DNA of 64,000 nt. It comes from an uncultured bacterium (GTDB taxonomy: Bacteria; Desulfobacterota; Binatia; HRBIN30; CADEER01). The position numbers were made by a program, and so were the translations under genes. Of the stretch, positions 9,665 through 19,107 are shown piece after piece. The notes under the pieces are model-generated. The model had not been told where the DNA came from. It did not search any database and saw only the letters and a program-made list of their open reading frames with translations. How positions within the stretch are numbered: position 1 is the stretch's first letter; every line of letters begins with the position of its first letter. The stretch covers positions 6,560 to 70,559 of the forward strand of contig CADEER010000013.1 in the NCBI GenBank assembly GCA_902826395.1, in the 5' to 3' direction.

Positions 9665-11262
9665 ACGAGCGCAGCCTCCTGTACCGAGCTCTACTGACCC
9701 TCGGGTTGGTCATCGTGGCGGTCGTGTACCTGCTGCCATCCATTCTCCATCCTGTCCCCAGCTGGCTGAGCTTCCTCGAAGAAAGAAAGCTGGCTTTGGG
9801 TCTCGATCTGCAGGGGGGCACGCACCTCATTCTCACTGTCGACATCGACAAGGCAGTGAAGAGCTACGTCGAGATAAATGCCGAGCAATTGCGCCGCGAT
9901 CTGCGCGAAGCAGGGGTGCAGGGCCCGAGCATCCGGCCGGGCGGCGATACCGCGGTGTCTGTCTCGGTGCCTCAGGACGCGGCCGAGAAGCTCGAAACCG
10001 TGGTGACCGATCGCTTCCCGTTTTTCTCGCTCGGCGCGAGTGAGACCGTGGACGGCCGGACGGTGCGGACGGTTACGCTCATCGAAGACGAAGTGAAGCG
10101 GATTCGGGAGTCGGCAGTCGAGCAGTCGCTGGAAACGATCCGCAACCGCATCGACGAATTGGGCGCTCGCGAGCCGGTCATTCAGCGGCAGGGTGAGCGC
10201 GACATTCTCGTGCAGTTGCCGGCGATCACGGACCCCGAGCGCGCCAAGCAGCTCATCGGCAGCACGGCCGTCCTGGAGTTCAAGATGGTGCGCGACCCCA
10301 TCGGCGATCCGTATGCGGCTGGCGACAAGCCGCTACCTGCGGGTACCGAGGTGCTGCACGAGCTCAAGAAGAACGAGGCCGGCGAGCGCGGCCGTGGCGC
10401 CGCCCTGCTCGTCGAGTCTCGCACTCTGATGACAGGGGACGTGATCACCGATGCGCGTGTCCGTCCGGGCGATCTGCCGAATTCGCGCATCGTGTCGATC
10501 GACATGAACTCGCGTGGTGCCCGCCTGTTCGAGGAGATCACCGGCGCCAACGTCAATCGCCAACTCGCCATCATCCTCGACGACACGATCTATTCGGCTC
10601 CGCGCATCCAGGAACGGATTCCCGGCGGCCGGGCGGTGATCACCGGCTCGTTCAGCGCCGAAGAGGCGGGCGATCTGGCGATCGTCCTGCGCACCGGAGC
10701 GCTGCAAGCGCCCGTGTCGATTGCCGAGGAGCGCACCGTCGGGCCGACACTCGGCGCCGATTCGATCCGCCAGGGTATCCAGTCGTTCGTCGTCGGCGGG
10801 GCGCTGCTGATGATCGCCATGGTGGTGTACTACCGGTTCGCCGGAGCGCTGGCGGTCGGAGCATTGGTCTTCAATACGCTGTTCATCTTCGCCAGTCTGG
10901 CCGCTCTGGGGGCCACCCTTACCCTGCCCGGTATCGCCGGGATCGTGTTGACGCTCGGCATGGCGGTGGACGCCAACGTTCTCATCAACGAGCGGATCCG
11001 CGAGGAACTGCGCCTCGGCAAGTCGGCTCGCGCCGCCATCGAGGCGGGCTACAAGCACGCCCTACCGGCCATTCTGGATTCGAACATCACGACGTTCTTG
11101 TCCGGGGTCATCCTGTTCCAATTCGGTTCGGGGCCGGTAAAGGGCTTCGCGGTGACTCTCTGCATCGGATTGGTGAGCACCGTCTTCACGGCGGTCGTTC
11201 TGACACGCCTCGTCTACGACTACCGCCTCGCGCGCGGCAAAATGACCACGGTGAGCATCTGA
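9661..11262 (+). CDS. secD: Protein translocase subunit SecD
   Basis: LGLDLQGG, IRNRID, TLPGIAG, MAVDANVLINERI and GFAVTL motifs. Confidence 0.97.
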   Translation: MNERSLLYRALLTLGLVIVAVVYLLPSILHPVPSWLSFLEERKLALGLDLQGGTHLILTVDIDKAVKSYVEINAEQLRRDLREAGVQGPSIRPGGDTAVSVSVPQDAAEKLETVVTDRFPFFSLGASETVDGRTVRTVTLIEDEVKRIRESAVEQSLETIRNRIDELGAREPVIQRQGERDILVQLPAITDPERAKQLIGSTAVLEFKMVRDPIGDPYAAGDKPLPAGTEVLHELKKNEAGERGRGAALLVESRTLMTGDVITDARVRPGDLPNSRIVSIDMNSRGARLFEEITGANVNRQLAIILDDTIYSAPRIQERIPGGRAVITGSFSAEEAGDLAIVLRTGALQAPVSIAEERTVGPTLGADSIRQGIQSFVVGGALLMIAMVVYYRFAGALAVGALVFNTLFIFASLAALGATLTLPGIAGIVLTLGMAVDANVLINERIREELRLGKSARAAIEAGYKHALPAILDSNITTFLSGVILFQFGSGPVKGFAVTLCIGLVSTVFTAVVLTRLVYDYRLARGKMTTVSI

Positions 11263-12173
11263 TGATCGACATCGTTCCGCAGGGCACGCGTTTCGACTTC
11301 TTCAAGTATCGCTACCCGACCGCGCTGGCGTCGGTAGTGGTGATCCTCCTTGGCCTGGGGGTCATGGCCTGGCGTGGTCCGAATCTCGGAATTGATTTCG
11401 CGGGCGGCTCACTGGTTCACGTGCGCTTCAAACAGGCGACGACGACGCAGGAAGTGCGAGAAGCCCTGGCCGGGACCGATCTGGAAGGCGTCGACATTCA
11501 GAATCTCGACGACAGCCGCGACGAGTTCCTGATCCGCACTCCGCTGGTGGAGGAGGGCGAGGCCAGCATCACCAACGCGGTGGCGGCTGCCCTCCAGAGC
11601 AAGTACGGCGAGGGGGTCGACATTCTGCGCGTCGAAACCGTGGGGCCGCGGGTTGGCGAAACGCTGCGCTCCAAGGCGATCCTCGCCATCGCCTTCGCGA
11701 CGGTGATGATGGGCGTCTACATCTCGGCGCGCTTCGAGTGGCGCTTCGGTATAGGTGCCGCGGCGGCTTTGATCCACGACGTCCTGGTGACGGTCGCCGT
11801 CCTCGTGTTCTTCAATTACGAGTTCGACCTGACGGTCGTCGCCGCGCTTCTGTCCATCGTCGGCTATTCGGTCAACGACACGGTGGTGATCAGCGATCGT
11901 ATTCGAGAGAATCTCGCGAAGGATCGACGCTCGTCGCTGCGCGAGCTCATCAACAACTCGCTCAACGAGACCCTCAGCCGCACGATCCTGACCACCGGGA
12001 TGACCCTGATCATGGTAATTTCCCTGTTGCTGCTTGGCGGTCCGGTGATCCGCGGTTTTGCCTTCTCGCTTCTCGTCGGCTTCATCGCCGGCGTCTACTC
12101 GACCGTCTACATCGCCAGCTCGATCGTCCTGTATCTCGGGGAGCGATACCCCGCGGCGAGAAAGGTCGCGTAG
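11262..12173 (+). CDS. secF: Protein translocase subunit SecF
   Basis: GIDFAGG, HDV, GYSVNDTVVISDRIRE and SRTILT motifs. Confidence 0.97.
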   Translation: MIDIVPQGTRFDFFKYRYPTALASVVVILLGLGVMAWRGPNLGIDFAGGSLVHVRFKQATTTQEVREALAGTDLEGVDIQNLDDSRDEFLIRTPLVEEGEASITNAVAAALQSKYGEGVDILRVETVGPRVGETLRSKAILAIAFATVMMGVYISARFEWRFGIGAAAALIHDVLVTVAVLVFFNYEFDLTVVAALLSIVGYSVNDTVVISDRIRENLAKDRRSSLRELINNSLNETLSRTILTTGMTLIMVISLLLLGGPVIRGFAFSLLVGFIAGVYSTVYIASSIVLYLGERYPAARKVA

Positions 12174-12178
12174 CGCGA

Positions 12179-13882
12179 GTGCGCCGGCGCTGGATTCTCG
12201 CGAACCCGCAGAAGACCGACGCCGAGCGACTTTCCGGCGAGTTGGGGTTGTCGCCGCTGTTGGCGTCCCTTCTCGCCAGCCGCGGCCTCGCCGATCCGGC
12301 CAGCGCCGACGGATTCCTGCGCGCCCGCCTCGACGAGCATCTGCGCTCGCCGATGCTCTTTCGCGACATGGGGGCGGCTTGCGAGCGGCTGGCGCAAGCC
12401 CTGCAACGCGGTGAGAGGATCGGCATCCACGGCGACTACGACGTCGATGGCATCAGCGGCAGCGCGCTGTTGGTCCGCTTCTTCCGCGCTCTCGGCAGCG
12501 AGCCGGCGCTGTACATTCCGCACCGCTTGAACGACGGCTACGGGCTCAAGGAGACCGGCGTCCGGGCTCTGGCGGAGCAGGGTGCTCGGGTGATGGTCAC
12601 CGTCGACTGCGGCGGGGTGAACCACGAGGAAATCCGCGTTGCCGCCCGGCTCGGGATGGACGTCATCGTCTGCGACCACCACCAGGTGTCCGACACGCCG
12701 CTGCCGGCCCGGGCCGTGCTCAACCCGATCGAGGAGAGCTGCGGATTTCCGTTTCGCGGCCTGTGCGGGACCGGAATCGCTTTTTATCTCGCTGCCGGAT
12801 TGCGCATGCGGCTGCGCGAGTCCGGAGCGACGCAGCTCCCCGATCTGCGAAGGCTTCTCGACCTGGTGGCACTCGGCACCATCGCCGACGTGGTGCCGGT
12901 AGTGGAGGAGAACCGCGTCCTCGTCAAACACGGGCTGCGCGAGATCGAGGGCAGCAGATCCCCGGGCATGATCGCCCTCAAGGCCGTCAGCGGCGTGTCG
13001 CGGCTGTCGAGCGGGGCGATCGGCTTTCGCCTGGCGCCGCGCCTCAATGCGAGTGGCCGCCTTTCCGACGCACGGCGCGCGGTCGAGTTGCTGACCACCG
13101 ACGATCGCGCGCTCGCCGAGCGTTTGGCGGTCGCTCTCGACGACGAGAATCGGGCTCGCCAGCGCATCGAGCGCGAGGCCGTGGACGAAGCGGTGGCCCA
13201 GGTCGAAGAGGCGGGTGACGCCGAGCGCCGGCATTGCATCGTACTCGCCTCGCCGGATTGGCACCCCGGTGTGGTCGGCATCGTCGCCGCGCGGTTGGTC
13301 GATCGCTATCATCGGCCGGCCGTGCTGATCGCCCTCGATGCCGCGGCGGGAACCGGGCGGGGGTCGGGGCGCAGTATACACGGCGTCAATCTCTACGCGG
13401 CGCTGCGCCAATGCGCCGATCTGATGATCGGCTTCGGCGGGCACCCGATGGCGGTCGGCATGACCGTGCAAGCGGATCGTGTCGCCGACATCGCCGCCCG
13501 CCTGGAGTCGATCCTCGCCGGCTCGACCCCCGCCGAGGCGCTGGTGCCGTCGCGTCGCGTCGATGCCGAGCTGTCTCTCGAGCACCTCGACGGAGCGGTG
13601 CTCAGCGACCTCGACCGCCTCGAGCCCTATGGCACCTCGAATCCGGAGCCGGTCTTTCTGGCTCGAGGTGTCAGGGTGCTGTCGAAAGCCCTGGTGGGCT
13701 CGAGTCACTTGAAGCTGTTCGTCGAGGGCGGCGGCTGCCGCTTCAGTGCGATCGGCTTCGGCATGGCGGACCGCGAGGTCGTCGCCGGGGACGAGGTGGA
13801 GATCCTGTACCGACCGCGGCTGTCGGACTGGGGCAATCAGCGGTCCGTCGAGATCGAACTCCGCGATTTGCGCCGGGCCTGA
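12179..13882 (+). CDS. recJ: Single-stranded-DNA exonuclease RecJ
   Basis: GDYDVDG, YIPHRLNDGYG, VDCG, DHH, LGTIADV, APRLNASGR and GGH (DHH/DHHA1) motifs; GTG 12179. Confidence 0.96.
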   Translation: MRRRWILANPQKTDAERLSGELGLSPLLASLLASRGLADPASADGFLRARLDEHLRSPMLFRDMGAACERLAQALQRGERIGIHGDYDVDGISGSALLVRFFRALGSEPALYIPHRLNDGYGLKETGVRALAEQGARVMVTVDCGGVNHEEIRVAARLGMDVIVCDHHQVSDTPLPARAVLNPIEESCGFPFRGLCGTGIAFYLAAGLRMRLRESGATQLPDLRRLLDLVALGTIADVVPVVEENRVLVKHGLREIEGSRSPGMIALKAVSGVSRLSSGAIGFRLAPRLNASGRLSDARRAVELLTTDDRALAERLAVALDDENRARQRIEREAVDEAVAQVEEAGDAERRHCIVLASPDWHPGVVGIVAARLVDRYHRPAVLIALDAAAGTGRGSGRSIHGVNLYAALRQCADLMIGFGGHPMAVGMTVQADRVADIAARLESILAGSTPAEALVPSRRVDAELSLEHLDGAVLSDLDRLEPYGTSNPEPVFLARGVRVLSKALVGSSHLKLFVEGGGCRFSAIGFGMADREVVAGDEVEILYRPRLSDWGNQRSVEIELRDLRRA

Positions 13883-14018
13883 GCGGCCGCCGCCGGCGAG
13901 CCGCCGCCAGGCCCTCTCGGGCGGCCGTCGTCGACTTGAACTGCACCCGATTGACTGGTTCAATGCGTCCTCGCCGACGCCTGCCACCGTCCCGTTGCGG
14001 CTCGGCTCTGCGATCTAC

Positions 14019-14210
14019 ATGGAACCCAAAGAGTCGATCCTGAACAGTAAAGAGGTGGCGCTGCTCCTCGATCTGAGTCCGGATACCGTCAACGAGTACG
14101 CCAGAAAGAGTGTTCTGCCGGCCTTCAAACAAGGCAGGCAGTGGCGATTTCTCGCTCGCGACATTCAGTCGTTCAAGCGCGAGATGCAGGAAGAAGCCAC
14201 TGCGGCCTAG
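14019..14210 (+). CDS. Excisionase-like helix-turn-helix (HTH_17/MerR-like) DNA-binding protein, 63 aa
   Basis: LNSKEVALLLDLSPDTV...LPAFKQGRQWRF pattern. Confidence 0.8.
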   Translation: MEPKESILNSKEVALLLDLSPDTVNEYARKSVLPAFKQGRQWRFLARDIQSFKREMQEEATAA

Positions 14211-14250
14211 CGCCGGCAGGCCCGTGGAGAAGAAGGGGATCAACCCAACC

Positions 14251-14991
14251 ATGGCTTTCGAGTCAACTGCTCCCCAAGCATACGAGAGCAAGCTTTACGG
14301 TGAACTTTCAGGCGTTTACGACCTGATCTTCGCCCGATTCTTCTATCCGCGCATCGCCGCGGTCATCCGCGATCTGCGGATTCCGCCAGGCGCCAAGGTG
14401 CTGGAGCTTGGGGTCGGTACGGGCCTCGCGTTGCGCGCCTATCCGCGGCACTGCCAGGTGACCGGCGTCGATCTGGCGCCGGACATGCTGGAGCGAGCGC
14501 AAGAGCGCATCGCGCGCAAGGGGTGGCGCCACATCCAGCTTCACGAGATGGACGCCATGAACCTCGATCTCGAGGACTCGAGTTTCGACTACGTGATGGC
14601 GTTCCACGTCGTCAGCGTCGTGCCGAAAGTCGACCGCTTCATGCGCGAGGCGCAACGCGTGTGCAAGGCGAACGGCAAGATCGTCGTCATCAACCATTTC
14701 CGCAGCGACAAGCGAGTGCTCGCGACGATCGACCGCAAGATCGAACCGATCACGCGGCGTGTCGGGTGGCACACGCTCGGCCGCGAGGAAGTCTTCCACG
14801 GTCTGCCGCTCGAGCTTTGCCGTGTGTACAAGACCTCGCGTCGATCGTTGTTCACCGTGGTCGTTGCGCGCAACGCAAAGAGCGACGAAAGCGCCGTGCA
14901 GGTCCCCCCGCAGTTGGTGACCGCCGCGGCCGGCGGGTCAATGGGGCAGATCGCTGCCGGGCCGAATCGGCACGAGGCCCCGGCGCATTAA
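14251..14991 (+). CDS. Class I SAM methyltransferase, PmtA-like phospholipid N-methyltransferase
   Basis: YDLIF, VLELGVGTGL, GVDLAPDML, MDAMNL and VINHF motifs typical of Rhodobacter-type PmtA. Confidence 0.7.
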   Translation: MAFESTAPQAYESKLYGELSGVYDLIFARFFYPRIAAVIRDLRIPPGAKVLELGVGTGLALRAYPRHCQVTGVDLAPDMLERAQERIARKGWRHIQLHEMDAMNLDLEDSSFDYVMAFHVVSVVPKVDRFMREAQRVCKANGKIVVINHFRSDKRVLATIDRKIEPITRRVGWHTLGREEVFHGLPLELCRVYKTSRRSLFTVVVARNAKSDESAVQVPPQLVTAAAGGSMGQIAAGPNRHEAPAH

Positions 14992-15516
14992 CCAGCGGGC
15001 ATCGCGCTGGCTGCCGGTGTGGAGCCAGCGCGAGTACGTGCGGACGGTCTGGCGATCGCTGCGAAAGACCTGCTCGAAGCTGATGTCGGTGAGCACCCGG
15101 ACGAGCTCCGGGAATCGCTCCGACATCTCGGCGAACAGCGACCGAGGTCGGCCCGGCGCCGGGACGCTGGCGAGATGCGCGTATGCGCTCCGCCCCAGCG
15201 CGATGTAGAAGTCGGCCGAGACGAGCTGTTGTTCCAGGTACTCCATGAACATGCCGGACAAGAACAGTGACGTGTCGCCGACGCGTCTCAGCTTGCCGGC
15301 GCGCTGGGCGGAATCGGCGGCCTGAAAGGACTCGAGGAAGTCGAGCGTCAAAGGCCGCCCCTGCCAGTTCTGCTCGGGGTGCGCGAAGTGCTCCATCAGG
15401 CGCACCAGATAGTGCTCGGTGCTCTCGCTGAGCTCGACCTGTTGCTCGCGGGCGGCCGTGCGGATCAAGTCGCGGAAGAAATCGGTCAACGGGCGACGGG
15501 TCAGGACTTCGTTCAT
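14938..15516 (-). CDS. Conserved hypothetical protein
   Basis: AGGAGG SD before ATG 15516; LRRVGDTSLFLSG...FYIALGRSAY motif recalled from uncharacterised proteins. Confidence 0.7.
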   Translation of the reverse strand: MNEVLTRRPLTDFFRDLIRTAAREQQVELSESTEHYLVRLMEHFAHPEQNWQGRPLTLDFLESFQAADSAQRAGKLRRVGDTSLFLSGMFMEYLEQQLVSADFYIALGRSAYAHLASVPAPGRPRSLFAEMSERFPELVRVLTDISFEQVFRSDRQTVRTYSRWLHTGSQRDARWLMRRGLVPIRPGSDLPH

Positions 15517-15697
15517 TGCCCCCTCCTCACTCCACGCTTCGCGCGGGCCCCTTTTCGCGCCGCGCACCGGGCGAGATTCTCTGCGTCGTCCCGGGGTATT
15601 GCAACCTGGATTTCGCCGCGCCCGGCGGGCGATGTGGCCAAAAGCCGGGTAGCCGGTGCTTGCGCTGTGCGCTATAGTGCGCGGCCGGAGGACGGCA

Positions 15698-17038
15698 GTG
15701 AAACTCAAGGCGCTCGCGACGGCATTGCTGGTGGTGGCCCTGTTCGCCACCGGCGGCGGTTGGTTGGCCGGTCAAGTATCGGCTCGGCAAGAGGACTACG
15801 AAAACCTGGAGGACTTCGCGAGCATCCTGGCGATGGTCCGCCGTCATTACGTGGATGACGTGACGACGCAAAAGCTCGTCGATGGCGCCATCCGCGGCAT
15901 GCTGAGCTCACTCGATCCGCACAGCGCCTATCTTCCGCCAGACGCTTACAAGGAGCTGCAGGTCGACACGAAGGGCAGCTTCGGTGGTCTGGGAATCGAG
16001 ATCACGCTGCGCGACGGGATCCTCACGGTCGTGTCGCCGATCGAAGATACGCCGGCGGCCCGCGCCGGCGTTCTCGCCGGGGACCAGATCATCAAGATCG
16101 AGGACGAGTTCACCAAGGACATGACGCTCATGCAGGCGGTCAAGCTCATGCGGGGCCCGAAGGGCACCCCGATCGAGCTCACGATTCGCCGCGAGGGGCA
16201 GGACGAGTGGCTCGACCTGACACTGGTCCGCGAGGTCATCCGCATCAAGAGCGTGAAGCATCGATCTCTCGAGCCGGGCTATGGGTATCTGCGGCTGACG
16301 CAGTTCCAGGAGCGCACTGCGACCGAGGCGGCCGCAGCGCTGGAGTCGTTGGCCAACGAGACGCCCGAAGGCCTGCAGGGCTTGGTTTTGGACCTGCGCA
16401 ACAATCCCGGCGGTCTGTTGTCGCAAGCGGTGAGCGTCAGCGACATCTTCCTCGATTCGGGACTGGTGGTGTACACCGAGGGCCGCCTCGACAACCAGGC
16501 TCAGAAGTTCTACGCGCACAAAGGTAACAGCCGTACCGATTTTCCGATGATCGTGCTGGTCAACGGCGGTAGCGCCAGCGCGTCGGAGATCGTCGCCGGC
16601 GCACTGCAAGATCACCGCCGCGCGATCATTCTGGGCACCCAGACGTTTGGGAAGGGCTCGGTACAGACGATCCTGCCGATCCACGCCGAAGAGACGGCGG
16701 ATTCTAACTCGGCGATTCGACTGACCACGGCGCGGTACTACACGCCGAATGGAAGATCGATCCAGGCGACCGGCATTACGCCCGACATCGTCATGGATGC
16801 CGAGGTGAAGACGGCGGAGGCGGACAATCGGCAGCAGCCCGACACCATCCGCGAGCAGAACCTGCCGCATCATCTGGAGAACGGACCGCCGAAACCGCAG
16901 CAGCAAGAGGATGGCGGTTCGCCAGAGGAAGAGATCGCTGACGGCAGCGAGGCTCCGGATGCGCAGTTGCAGCGGGCGCTCGAGTTGCTCAAGAGCTGGA
17001 ACGTCTTCAAGTCGGTGGTAGCGCATAAGGCGGCCTGA
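15698..17038 (+). CDS. ctpA: Carboxyl-terminal processing protease S41A with PDZ domain
   Basis: LDPHSAY, FGGLGIEI, DLRNNPGG, SASASEIVAG, TFGKGSVQ and TTARYYTP motifs; GGAGG SD. Confidence 0.93.
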   Translation: MKLKALATALLVVALFATGGGWLAGQVSARQEDYENLEDFASILAMVRRHYVDDVTTQKLVDGAIRGMLSSLDPHSAYLPPDAYKELQVDTKGSFGGLGIEITLRDGILTVVSPIEDTPAARAGVLAGDQIIKIEDEFTKDMTLMQAVKLMRGPKGTPIELTIRREGQDEWLDLTLVREVIRIKSVKHRSLEPGYGYLRLTQFQERTATEAAAALESLANETPEGLQGLVLDLRNNPGGLLSQAVSVSDIFLDSGLVVYTEGRLDNQAQKFYAHKGNSRTDFPMIVLVNGGSASASEIVAGALQDHRRAIILGTQTFGKGSVQTILPIHAEETADSNSAIRLTTARYYTPNGRSIQATGITPDIVMDAEVKTAEADNRQQPDTIREQNLPHHLENGPPKPQQQEDGGSPEEEIADGSEAPDAQLQRALELLKSWNVFKSVVAHKAA

Positions 17039-17069
17039 CCCGATCGCGGGCCGGCCGGAAGAGGCGGCG

Positions 17070-18149
17070 GTGGTGGCGCGCGCGGGCGAACGCGAGGAAC
17101 GTGACTGGGTCAGTTTCGGCTGGATGCTGTGGTATCCGGCTTATGGCGTTCTGGCTGCGCTGATCTACCTGTCGGCGGTCGAGATCGCCAACCCGTCGCG
17201 GCCGATCCGGATCGTCGCGCCTCCCGTCCTCGGCGACTCGCCGGATTGGGCGGCGACCTTTCCGGGTCACGTCGAATCTCTGCACACCAACGTGACGAAG
17301 CTCATCGCCGAGCCGCTCGGGGCAGCCGTCACCGCCGAAGACGCGCAAGGGGGCGGTGATGTGCGTTGGACGCATCGACTCCTCGAGGCGACTGTCGAGC
17401 GCGAGCGGCGCCCTGACGTCGAGGCGGCTTTGAGCGCCCTGCGCGCTACCGAGCCGGGTCTGTCCCTCGTCACTGAGGACACCTTCAATGGCAGTCAGGT
17501 GTTGGTGGGTCTCGACGGCCTGCTGACCCACACCTTGCGCATCGTCTGGTCGGATCAGCCGTCGCGACCGCGGGTCGGTTTGGTGGTCATGGGCCTCGGC
17601 GACGACCTGCGGCTGGCGCGTGAGATCATCGAGCTGGACCCGCCGGTAGCCGTGGCGATCCTGCCGTTTCGACCGTTCTCGGCACAGGTGGCGGAGCTGG
17701 CCAAGATCTTCGAGCGCGACGCACTCTTGCAGTGGAACGAAGCCTCGGCGCAAGACGTCGAGGCTTTGGCAGCCGCCCTGGCTACGGTGCCCGGTGCGAT
17801 CGGTGTAACACTGGCGAGCGGCGGCGACGTCGCGACCGACGCCGAGACGGCCCTGCTCGCGGCGGTTCGCGAGCGGGGATTGCATCCCATCGCGCTGTAC
17901 GCGGCCGGCGAAGGGCCGTTCGTCGCCGCGCTGCCGATGGGCGACGGTCAGAGCGGTGAGGGGCCGGCCTTCGAGCTGATCACCCGGCGCGCGCAGAGCG
18001 CAGGTCGAGCGATAGGCTTGGCGAGTGGAGTGGGGCGCGCTGAGCTCGTACAGGTGCGGTCGATGTTGTCGAAATGGGGCGACGAGGAGATCGACGTTGT
18101 CAGGGTGTCGCAACTGTTCGCCGCCAGTGGCGAGCGGCCGGCGACGTAA
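17070..18149 (+). CDS. Divergent polysaccharide deacetylase (YibQ-like), degenerate, with N-terminal TM
   Basis: RVGLVVMGLG...VAILPFRPFS resembles YibQ; follows ctpA as yibQ often does. Confidence 0.5.
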   Translation: MVARAGEREERDWVSFGWMLWYPAYGVLAALIYLSAVEIANPSRPIRIVAPPVLGDSPDWAATFPGHVESLHTNVTKLIAEPLGAAVTAEDAQGGGDVRWTHRLLEATVERERRPDVEAALSALRATEPGLSLVTEDTFNGSQVLVGLDGLLTHTLRIVWSDQPSRPRVGLVVMGLGDDLRLAREIIELDPPVAVAILPFRPFSAQVAELAKIFERDALLQWNEASAQDVEALAAALATVPGAIGVTLASGGDVATDAETALLAAVRERGLHPIALYAAGEGPFVAALPMGDGQSGEGPAFELITRRAQSAGRAIGLASGVGRAELVQVRSMLSKWGDEEIDVVRVSQLFAASGERPAT

Positions 18150-18208
18150 CTTGCTTCGAGACTCGGGCGCGTCCAGGTGAGTTCCGGCAGAGGCAAAAGG
18201 GGGGCGCG

Positions 18209-19063
18209 ATGAATCTCAACGGAGAGCCGGCGCATGTGGGCCGCCATTGCGGCGCATCGTCCTACACGGTGTCGCGCGAGGTCGTCGACTTCTACGCCGA
18301 GGCGCTGGACGACCACAGCCCGCTCTACCGCGAGTATGCGCCGCCGCTGCTCTACCACTCGGAATGCTATCGGTTCCTCGCGGAGTGGTACCTGCATAAC
18401 CTGATCGGCAATCTGCACGGCCGCCAGGAGTGGCAGTCGTTTGCTCCGATTCCCGTCGGCGGCACGGTGCGAACGCGCTCGACGATCGTCGAGCGCTACG
18501 CGAAGCGCGGTCGCGACTACGTGGTCAACGAGACCGATGTCGTCGACGCGAGCAGCGGCGCTCTGTTGGTGCGCGGCCGGACGCATCAGTCGTTCCTGCA
18601 GGCGCAGGCCGATGACGACGGCTTCGTCGTCGACGCGGATACGGCGAAGAAGAAGGAGCCGCGACCGCCGTTTCCTACCGCGACCGGCGATGATCTGGCG
18701 GCGCTGACGAAGGTCGTCGACCGGCGCCGCTGCTGGATGTTCTCGGGCCCGGGGCGCAACTACCACACGGATCCAGAGGAAGCGCGCAAACTCGGCTTTC
18801 CGAACATCGTGGTGCAGGGAATGATGAGCACGTGCTTCGCGTCGCAGCTCATGGTCGATCGTTTCGGGGAAGGCTTCCTGCGAGGCGGCCGGATGGATCT
18901 CAAGCTGACCAACGTCCTGTGGGCGGACGAGCGGGTGACCGCACGGGCGAGGGTGCGCGAGCGCAGCCGCGAAGGCGCGCTCGAGCGTGTGCATTGCGAT
19001 GTATGGGTCGAGAAGGATGATGGGACGCGTATCCTGATCGGCGACGCCAGCGCCCTCATGTGA
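18209..19063 (+). CDS. Double hot-dog MaoC-like dehydratase
   Basis: Two hot-dog halves; NYHTDPEEARKLGFPNIVVQGMM motif. Confidence 0.8.
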   Translation: MNLNGEPAHVGRHCGASSYTVSREVVDFYAEALDDHSPLYREYAPPLLYHSECYRFLAEWYLHNLIGNLHGRQEWQSFAPIPVGGTVRTRSTIVERYAKRGRDYVVNETDVVDASSGALLVRGRTHQSFLQAQADDDGFVVDADTAKKKEPRPPFPTATGDDLAALTKVVDRRRCWMFSGPGRNYHTDPEEARKLGFPNIVVQGMMSTCFASQLMVDRFGEGFLRGGRMDLKLTNVLWADERVTARARVRERSREGALERVHCDVWVEKDDGTRILIGDASALM

Positions 19064-19107
19064 CTTCGTGGACAGCGAAAGCCTCTGCGGATAGCTTGGG
19101 CCGCCTG

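Noticed and set aside
13935-13951. Sigma32 promoter (CTTGAA...CCCGAT) or FNR box
   Set aside because: Only 5 nt between the elements versus 13-17 needed; TTGA-N5-TCAA is one base short of FNR spacing
14019-14210. Prophage or ICE excisionase
   Set aside because: No integrase, att repeat or phage genes nearby; flanks are housekeeping
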